Shown piece after piece: positions 1 to 7,459 of a stretch of 7,459 nt of DNA; position 1 is the stretch's first letter; every line of letters starts with the position of its first letter. The notes under the pieces were generated by a model that ran no database searches, was not told the origin of the DNA, and was given only the letters and a program-made list of their open reading frames with translations. The translations under genes and the position numbers were made by a program. Source of the DNA: Geosiphon pyriformis uo1. Taxonomy: Eukaryota; Fungi; Glomeromycota. The stretch lies in the NCBI GenBank assembly GCA_016748015.1, contig JAAOMT010000359.1, forward strand, positions 1 to 7,459, written 5' to 3'.

Positions 1-2
1 AG

Positions 3-183
3 TTACCATACTATGGGATTGATACGAGTAATGGGTCCATATTGATATGTGACATATGTGGTTAGCGATCCATCGAAAACTGTATTAGTGCTATGGTGAA
101 CGCATATCCGATTTATGGGTGAGAACCGTACACTGGGACCATATGAATCGGTATCTAATTAATTTCTTAAAGTAATCAATCCC
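3..183 (-). pseudogene. Possible detached C-terminal dpoB fragment (duplicate at 6442-6622)
   Basis: GIDYFKKLI in one frame, then an open frame 158 to 3 (LDTDSYGPSVRFSPINRICVHHSTNTVFDGSLTTYVTYQYGPITRINPIVW*). CpG density (7 in 170 bp) resembles the dpoB block rather than the adjacent C-rich block. Similarity to plasmid polB C-termini is weak and judged by eye. Confidence 0.25.
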
Positions 184-206
184 TTACATCTACTCAACTG
201 TCACAT

Positions 207-287
207 CCCCTTGACCCCCCACACTCCCCCATACCCCCCCCCCCAACCACCCCACCACCACCACCCCAACCCCCCCCACAACCCCCC
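207..287 (-). repeat. Poly-C/CCA tract; G-quadruplex-capable on the minus strand (duplicate at 6646-6726)
   Basis: Eight runs of 4 or more C (up to C11) plus CCA repeats within ~80 bp. Confidence 0.75.
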
Positions 288-3200
288 ATAACCACTGACT
301 ACAATCGGATAATCAATATGGAGGTTAGCTACAATCCCCCTAACAACCACAACCAACTGACCCTGCTAATTCTGATTGGATCCACTTTGGACTTGTTGGC
401 TCCGCCACCCCCCCTGAGTGATAACCATATAGTGGTCATCTGGGACTCCCTTAGTCTCACGGATCATTTAGCCTCTCCAACCTCCCAGTACCAACTCAGG
501 ATCTACTACTACCTTTGACCGCCCTTGTCCTATCCTCCTACTAATTACTGATCCCACTGCTAGCCCACACTCACCATGTAAGAACTCATAGGGTATTACT
601 CTAGCTATGAATGGTTGATCAGTACCTGACTCATGGCTATGGCTAATCATAATGACAATCTTCTCTGAGTAGCTCACAAGATCCTGCGGGGGAATCAATA
701 CTCCTATAGCCAGCAACTACTCATGTGATTAACTGTATATACTGCCATGTAATCTCCTATTGTCTGGAGGGTACTCTAGTTAGCCCCCCCCCAAGGGGTC
801 ATGGCAGTGTGTGGGATTTATATCAGACTTGTCAATCTAGTATCCTCTAAGTCCTCCTCTATCTGACTAGTAACAAGATAGTGGTATGCATCTACATGGA
901 GGCCCCTTGCCAAGAAGTAGGAATATCCACGTAAGCATGTAGGTATATATACAAGTCAGATATAGTCATGGGGAGATACTTGGGACTGATCACTAGTGTA
1001 GCATAACCTATACATTTAGAATCCAAGTAGGGAGAGAGAATATAATTTGACCTCACACTGGAGAAGTGATTTATCCACACTAGCCTAACCAGCCTACTCA
1101 GCCTGCTGAGGACAACCCATAGACCTATACTATACTCTACCAATAGCTAGTTGGCAGGTGTGATTGGTGGGAGTGTTACAGAGTTGGTAGCAGTGTGAGA
1201 CTCCAATCTAAAATCTGATATGGCACTATACTCATCCATATGCTCATTGCTAGATAGTCTAACACCATCCTATACCTATGACCATGACTAACTATCCTCT
1301 AATCATCCCCCACTACTAGGATATTGTCTAAGATGGGTTAGTCCCCTACCACACCACTACCAGATCAACTCCAAATTCTGACCTCCAACCCACATGCCCT
1401 CATACCAACATGGCAACCAAGCCCAATTAGTATAGCAGTGTGCATCCTCAGAATTCACAATATCAGATATCTGTAGACTGAGAATACCTACCCCATAACT
1501 CCCTCCAACTCTAAATATGGGATGGCTATACATGGTTTACCTACCATTAACACAATCTACATCTACTAATACTTGAGATACCCAGTATCCAACTAAGTGG
1601 GATCTGAATCTACACATATATGAGTACCCATACCCTACCCCCCCCCCTACCACCCAGAGCCACTCCCTGGTTGGTGGGTAGGTATTATGGATTAGGAGTA
1701 CGTAGGTAGCCCTAGCAACATCAGATCCTAGTAGGAGTAGCAATCATAGATTTATAATGGGGAGACTAGGATCTACAACTCATCTACACTAGTACTAAGA
1801 TTCCTATCAGTAGTGTGTAACACCCGTACTCTACTCAGTAGCATCTAACCCATATACCCATAGAGGGATTACTCCCTATGCCAAAGCCATCCTTACATTG
1901 TGACCATCAGGTTAGGAGCTCAATACTCTCTCATCAGTCAGTTATGCCCTCCTTGAATGATATGCCCAGTATACCACATCCATAGCCATGACAGATGTTA
2001 GCCACAGTCTATTCAATCACTATATGATCTACCCATACCTACCAACCACCTATACCAATCCACATACCCTAATACCCATAGCCATCTCCACTAAGCACTA
2101 GCCACCCACCTACCTATGCCCATAGCCTACTATACAATTAGCTGACTAGCACCATCCCCACTCCCTCAGGTGTAAATTAGCTTTACATTGAACGATCAGG
2201 GGACCTGACTAGGATCATGGTACTTGAATGGACATGTTATGGCAATTAGTTCATGCATTTAGAGATGACATCTCATAATGTGCATAGGAGGCAGTTAGCA
2301 TCCTATACCAATCCTATCCTTACCACTGCTAGCTCACCTCATAGGGTATAGGGGGGATCTCCATATCAGATGTAAGTGATACTAAAGGATACCAGACAGT
2401 ATCCATATATATCCTAACTATGGAGTCTTAGCAATGAAATGCCAATCCATGACTACTAACCCCCCTTCCAGTTGACAGCTAATGCTTGATCCATCAAGAC
2501 TACAATCATACTCATAGCCATACCTCTAGTGTGGGCGCCATAGCATGACTACAACTTTCATAGCTAGGTTCAGGGTGTGTGCTAAGATGATTCTAAACTG
2601 CAGTACCTAGTCCCTACTACCTGCTGCCTGTCCTCACTCCTAATACATGGTAGCCTACCTACAAATACATAGATTGATCTCAAGTCAGATTCCAACTCTA
2701 TCATGGTAACTGTAGCCATGACCACTCCTACCTCTACTCCTCATGACATCTAACCTAAGGAGTTCCACACTTGATCTTAGCTGAATCCAATTTATGAACT
2801 ACCACAACTATGTCTTCCCTAACTCAGTCACTATGCAACTAGGTACTAGGCCAGGCCCAGCCAACAGCCCCAGTAGTAATCAGGCTGCCTCCCATACACC
2901 ATGTAGATGCAACCTAAATAGGAGATTGTCGTTGATATACTTCTAATAAATACATTAGCATTACATCTAACCCCATTGCATATATAACTCTTATACAACG
3001 CCTAGCCAATTACAAGGATCCCAACATCAGCCATCAGCAATCAAGGAATCAGCAGTCAATGGCTCTAACTACAATCCAACTACTGGTTGCTATCCTAACC
3101 AATCTGACCTGATGGCCATTAGCAACCCCTAACCCTCCTAGATATGAATCCCCTGTGACCCCCCCCCACTCCTAACTCCCATCAGTAGCAGAGGTGTGTA

Positions 3201-3723
3201 ACGATCTCCCTGCTAGCCCTATCACTACCCTTGCTCACACCCCCCCCTAACTACGATTGCAGCAAGACTCTAACAATGTTCTTAGCTTTAACTCTTAGCC
3301 ACTCCCTATCTGAATCTCATTAGGCAGATAAACACCTAACACCTGGACTCTAGACCAAGTAATACTACAGCATAGCCATCCAACTCAATCTCTAATATGT
3401 AGATCAACTCAAATCCCTACACATCTAGGAGGTAGGGAGTGGTATATGGCTATGATAGTTTGCATTGGATATCCACCTCTACCTCCACATCACTTGTGTG
3501 TGCTAATGATGACTCCTTCCTATAGCCTCTCAGTATACATTCTTACCCTATAACAATCCCTATGGTCACCACCACCTATGACCCCCCTCCAAGTTACAAT
3601 CCAATTACACCTCCAATTTAAATTGCCATTAGGATTCCTGATACGGATGGAGATTCTGATGACTGCTGACTGATATTGTATCCTGCATATATATGTCCTT
3701 ATAAATCCCAATCCCATACTTAG

Positions 3724-3747
3724 CCCCCCCCACCCCCCCCACCTCCC
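3724..3747. repeat. C8-A-C8 homopolymer tract at a compositional boundary
   Basis: TAG-C8-A-C8-ACCTCCC; the + strand turns from C/A-rich to T/G-rich immediately afterwards. Confidence 0.7.
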
Positions 3748-4004
3748 TGTATTCTGGTATGTTGGTAGTTGTGTTCTTGTTCTTTAATTGTTGGGATAAA
3801 GGCCTTAGTTTCGGTCATGGGTTGGGATGGTTTGGTAGATTGATGGTATCTTTGGACTGGTATGGACTCCCTATTATTACCCAGGTTCTATTTGGGACTT
3901 GTGTTTTGTATGCAATCTTGGCTTGCCCGTTTGAATGTTTCCCCTATTAAAGTCTCCTTTTTATGTGGTTGACTAGTAATCCCGTTTGGGTATTTGGCCA
4001 AGCG

Positions 4005-5750
4005 GTAGGTCCCCATTGTCTTTGAGTAGTAACCAATAGTCTTATGGCTGCCAAGATTCACTTTTGGATTGGAGCCTCCAACTTCATCATACCAAGTCCT
4101 CCCGACATCTGATTACGCAAGGGGTTTATCGCATACTAGACTGTCAGTATCTGAGTAGCAAAATTTCTGGTCAGGGTATCTAGCCATTAATTTGGCCATT
4201 ATAACCCTAGCATTACCAGTAACGGCTGCTATAGCCACATTGGTATTAAGAGGGATCTCAGTATCTAGCTTTGTATCCAGATTCTCAATGTCCATAGCAA
4301 GCTGTGAATACGCGTCAGTTCTAATGTTACAGTCATATGTTATGAGGTCCTTACCATTCTCCCTCGGCATGATCAACGATGTGGTGAACATTCTGTATTT
4401 TGGGGTAAAGAGTAGAGTCGATAATTTTTGTCATAGTCGTTATAGGTTTCATACGAATCTACCATCTGCCGAGTTCATTAGGAGCTTACAGATTTATGAC
4501 TTGGTTGGATCTACAGTGGATTTTGCCTTTTGTCTCATGTTATATAGATCACAAATAAACTTGTCAAAGATCTTAGTTGTGGCTTCCAATTGAACCCCCT
4601 CCTTTAACACAATGGATTCCCTTGCCCTGATTGTATAGCATATTTTAGTTCCTCAGAGTACCATACCCCCATATATTTTCCCAGTTGGACATACAACCCT
4701 ACAATAAAGTCTAATAGGTAAAGAAGGAATCTGGATACCCTCTTTGAGCGATAGTAGCCTTGAGAAATTCATATCAACCATCCATAGACTTAAGGTCCCG
4801 TACAACGAGGCTGGCCGAAAGGGATTTGACCAACATGGCTTGAGGATAGAGGAGTTAATATCGTCAACATAGGCATGGTACATAATGGTTGTATACGTTT
4901 CCGATACCCCAGAATATGCTTGTCTAAGCCATTTGTCCAAGGGTACTCCCAATAGGAGCTATATACTTGTTTCCTTAGTAGTCATAGAGTTTGTACGTCA
5001 ATTACGCATGGTTAGTGAGGGTATTTATAGAGACTTAGCTATATATGTTAAACATACTGTAGATATCCATTTGGGCCTTATTGATTACTCCCTTAGGGAC
5101 CGCATCATCCTTTAAGTCTTTAAGAGCCGCTTCTTGAGGACCAGCTATCTTTATTAGGTATTTAGTCATACTCGGCTCTAGTTAGGTCCTTAGCTACCAT
5201 GGTATTGTTGGTAAAGTAAGAGTAGGGTAATGGACCTACATATGATAGGGTCTTGGGGGATACGGATTTATACGTCAAATGCCCTTTTACAGTAGGTACG
5301 TTCAAGGAATCGAAAGTTCCCTAATCCCCATAGGTAGGACCTTAAAGCTATCTCTTAGGGATAAGAGTATTATCGATAATCTGGGCTTCTATATTTATTT
5401 AAAGGTATGAACCGTAATGACTACTAAGGTTCGCCTCCATCCCTAACCTATCAATGGCGTTAATCATGAAAAGGGCGTCGAATGAGCCACGAGTGTGCGT
5501 AAGCCATCTTAAATCCATAATTCCCTGCTTGGTTTATCATATGGCTAATACAGGCGTAAAGCATTACTGATTCTGATGGGAAGTCTGATAGGTAAAAGTC
5601 CCTATAATGACCCCATAAGTCTCTACCCCACCCCCCCCCCGCTGCGAAGGCGATCCCTTACCATCTACATCCAAATAAGTTTCGAGACGTAGGTCCTATA
5701 TAACTCCACTAGTGAAGTATCCCCTTTGGAAGCTCTAATAAACTTATGTG
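4005..5750 (-). pseudogene. dpoB: Degenerate protein-primed family B DNA polymerase (mitochondrial linear-plasmid type dpoB)
   Basis: Minus-strand motifs appear in the correct order across frameshifts: ExoI (D)LETYLD ~5690-5670; ExoII YAH..GSFDALF ~5502-5470; LRDSFKVLP ~5358-5332; KGH..Y...YVGPLP; ExoIII-like DLKDD 5118-5104; WLRQAYSG; motif A DINS/YPQAM ~4862-4833; LP...CPTG/WYSEELKYA; motif B KLLMNSADGRF/MKP ~4488-4444; VAIAAVTGNARVIM; motif C YSDTDSL 4157-4137; GLGMMKLE; P*DY ~4047-4036. Multiple frameshifts and in-frame stops. The 5' end may extend to ~6070. Confidence 0.9.
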
Positions 5751-6104
5751 GCATAACAACTGAGTAGGATTATAGCCCCCAATTAGTAGTGAAATAGGCT
5801 TTTCATAACCCATCCTTAAAGGAAGACACGAGTAATTCAGGAACCTTCCTGAACTTTATAACGGTAGGTAATAATTGATCTGGTGATAGTTGGGGCAAAT
5901 AGAGATTCTTTAAAGGCCCTTTTAGAAGCAAATAATTGGGATATTCTAGTTACATCTTGGTAATCATAACATTGTTCAGGGGTGAGTCATCAAATCTATC
6001 CAGTTCAGATCCCTTATTGGGGAGTTAAGAATAGGATGTGTCGAGTCAGTTACTTTTGTCGTACATCATAGGTTAAAGCTTATAGTACCCACTAATTTAG
6101 TACT

Positions 6105-6374
6105 TTACTGAGCAGATAACTTTATACTACCTTTAAGCCTGTACAAGGCTACTACAATCCCTAAGCCTACTGCAGACTCTGCTCCCGCTAAAGCGATACT
6201 GGAGATACCTAACAACTTCCCAGATAGATCTCCAAACTCAAAGCATGATGCAAGGATCCATACAGTTAGCGATAGCAGCATGAGCTCTAGGCAAACTACC
6301 ATGTGTACCAATTGACTCTTGCTCATGAGTAGCCCCCATAGTCCAATCAAATATACCGATAAGAATGCTGTCAT
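6105..6374 (-). CDS. nad4L: NADH dehydrogenase subunit 4L (mitochondrial, fungal-like)
   Basis: Intact ATG-to-TAA ORF of 89 aa with three hydrophobic segments and the ND4L/NuoK signatures IGLWG, LELMLL and AGAESAVGLGIVVALYRLKGSI. The length and the AGAES...YRLxGSI C-terminus resemble fungal nad4L. AGG at the conserved YR position reads as Arg. Confidence 0.96.
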   Translation of the reverse strand: MTAFLSVYLIGLWGLLMSKSQLVHMVVCLELMLLSLTVWILASCFEFGDLSGKLLGISSIALAGAESAVGLGIVVALYRLKGSIKLSAQ

Positions 6375-6392
6375 TTTGTATTTATTTATCTG
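6375..6392 (-). promoter_or_regulatory. A-rich leader immediately upstream of the nad4L start codon
   Basis: Minus strand reads AGATAAATAAATACAAA-ATG, with A at -3. Function is inferred only. Confidence 0.3.
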
Positions 6393-6439
6393 GTAAAAGC
6401 AGGTTGATTCTAAACTACCCTGTTAAAAGTCTCCCAGTA

Positions 6440-7459
6440 AGTTACCATACTATGGGATTGATACGAGTAATGGGTCCATATTGATATGTGACATATGTGG
6501 TTAGCGATCCATCGAAAACTGTATTAGTGCTATGGCGAACGCATATCCGATTTATGGGTGAGAACCGTACACTGGGACCATATGAATCGGTATCTAATTA
6601 ATTTCTTAAAGTAATCAATCCCTTACATCTACTCAACTGTCACATCCCCTTGACCCCCCACACTCCCCCATACCCCCCCCCCCAACCACCCCACCACCAC
6701 CACCCCAACCCCCCCCACAACCCCCCATAACCACTGACTACAATCGGATAATCAATATGGAGGTTAGCTACAATCCCCCTAACAACCACAACCAACTGAC
6801 CCTGCTAATTCTGATTGGATCCACTTTGGACTTGTTGGCTCCGCCACCCCCCCTGAGTGATAACCATATAGTGGTCATCTGGGACTCCCTTAGTCTCACG
6901 GATCATTTAGCCTCTCCAACCTCCCAGTACCAACTCAGGATCTACTACTACCTTTGACCGCCCTTGTCCTATCCTCCTACTAATTACTGATCCCACTGCT
7001 AGCCCACACTCACCATGTAAGAACTCATAGGGTATTACTCTAGCTATGAATGGTTGATCAGTACCTGACTCATGGCTATGGCTAATCATAATGACAATCT
7101 TCTCTGAGTAGCTCACAAGATCCTGCGGGGGAATCAATACTCCTATAGCCAGCAACTACTCATGTGATTAACTGTATATACTGCCATGTAATCTCCTATT
7201 GTCTGGAGGGTACTCTAGTTAGCCCCCCCCCAAGGGGTCATGGCAGTGTGTGGGATTTATATCAGACTTGTCAATCTAGTATCCTCTAAGTCCTCCTCTA
7301 TCTGACTAGTAACAAGATAGTGGTATGCATCTACATGGAGGCCCCTTGCCAAGAAGTAGGAATATCCACGTAAGCATGTAGGTATATATACAAGTCAGAT
7401 ATAGTCATGGGGAGATACTTGGGACTGATCACTAGTGTAGCATAACCTATACATTTAGA
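6440..7459 (+). repeat. Terminal direct repeat, copy 2
   Basis: AGTTACCATACTATGGG restarts at 6440 and the match continues to the last base of the window. Confidence 0.98.

Larger units (their letters stand above)
1..1020 (+). repeat. Terminal direct repeat, copy 1 (circular overlap or concatemer unit; period 6439 bp)
   Basis: 1-1020 matches 6440-7459, including poly-C run lengths, except T97 vs C6536. The ORF track repeats at the same offset (318/6757, 468/6907). Confidence 0.98.
180..3747. other. Long non-coding, C-rich/G-poor, CpG-depleted region of degenerate micro-repeats (candidate control or constant region)
   Basis: Only short ORFs with no recognisable homology; strong C-over-G skew on the + strand; about 15 CpG in ~3.5 kb by hand count; many 6-9 bp degenerate tandem motifs; poly-C tracts at both ends. 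Confidence 0.6.

Noticed and set aside
144-158. Second DTDS polymerase motif C on the minus strand
   Set aside because: It lacks the preceding Y-x and following hydrophobic context, and motif C is already present at 4137-4157; probably coincidental.
1-1020. LTRs of a retroelement or terminal inverted repeats of a linear plasmid
   Set aside because: The repeat is direct, runs to both window edges, lacks TG...CA ends, and no gag, RT or integrase is present.
318-1743. Short ORFs 318-518, 468-716, 892-1143 and 1537-1743 (and duplicates 6757-6957, 6907-7155)
   Set aside because: No recognisable motifs; their composition mirrors the C-rich micro-repeat DNA, so they are probably chance frames.
3520-3950. 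ORFs 3520-3717 (-) and 3759-3950 (+, hydrophobic) as membrane or mitochondrial genes such as atp8
   Set aside because: No atp8/atp9/nad signature. The hydrophobicity follows from T/G richness and the alternating residues from hexamer periodicity.
4192-5115. Plus-strand ORFs 4192-4593 and 4885-5115
   Set aside because: Antisense shadows of the dpoB relic.
4005-6070. TAA reassigned to a sense codon to rescue dpoB
   Set aside because: In-frame TAAs fall at positions expecting different residues, frameshifts would remain, and nad4L ends in TAA.
6105-6374. Bacterial nuoK
   Set aside because: No nuoJ/nuoL operon context or Shine-Dalgarno sequence; length and C-terminus fit the mitochondrial fungal type, and the neighbour is a mitochondrial-plasmid-type polB.
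1-7459. tRNA, rRNA, hammerhead ribozyme or CRISPR array
   Set aside because: I saw no cloverleaf, rRNA signature, CUGAUGA/GAAA core in a suitable stem context, or regular repeat-spacer pattern. Highly divergent RNAs cannot be excluded without Infernal or tRNAscan.

Overview
Bases 1-1020 recur at 6440-7459 with one mismatch, so the unique unit is 6439 bp and looks like a small circle or one unit of a head-to-tail concatemer. It carries one intact gene, a divergent fungal-type mitochondrial nad4L (6105-6374, minus strand), which is not followed by nad5. Downstream on the same strand lies a heavily frameshifted protein-primed family-B DNA polymerase (dpoB) relic of the mitochondrial linear-plasmid type, whose exonuclease and polymerase motifs can be read in order (~5750 to ~4005). 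The rest (~180-3747) is a C-rich, G-poor, CpG-depleted non-coding region of degenerate micro-repeats and imperfect hairpins, bounded by poly-C tracts. Best interpretation (inference): a single-gene mitochondrial minicircle or plasmid-mtDNA chimera, possibly one chromosome of a multipartite mitogenome. All counts and alignments were done by eye.
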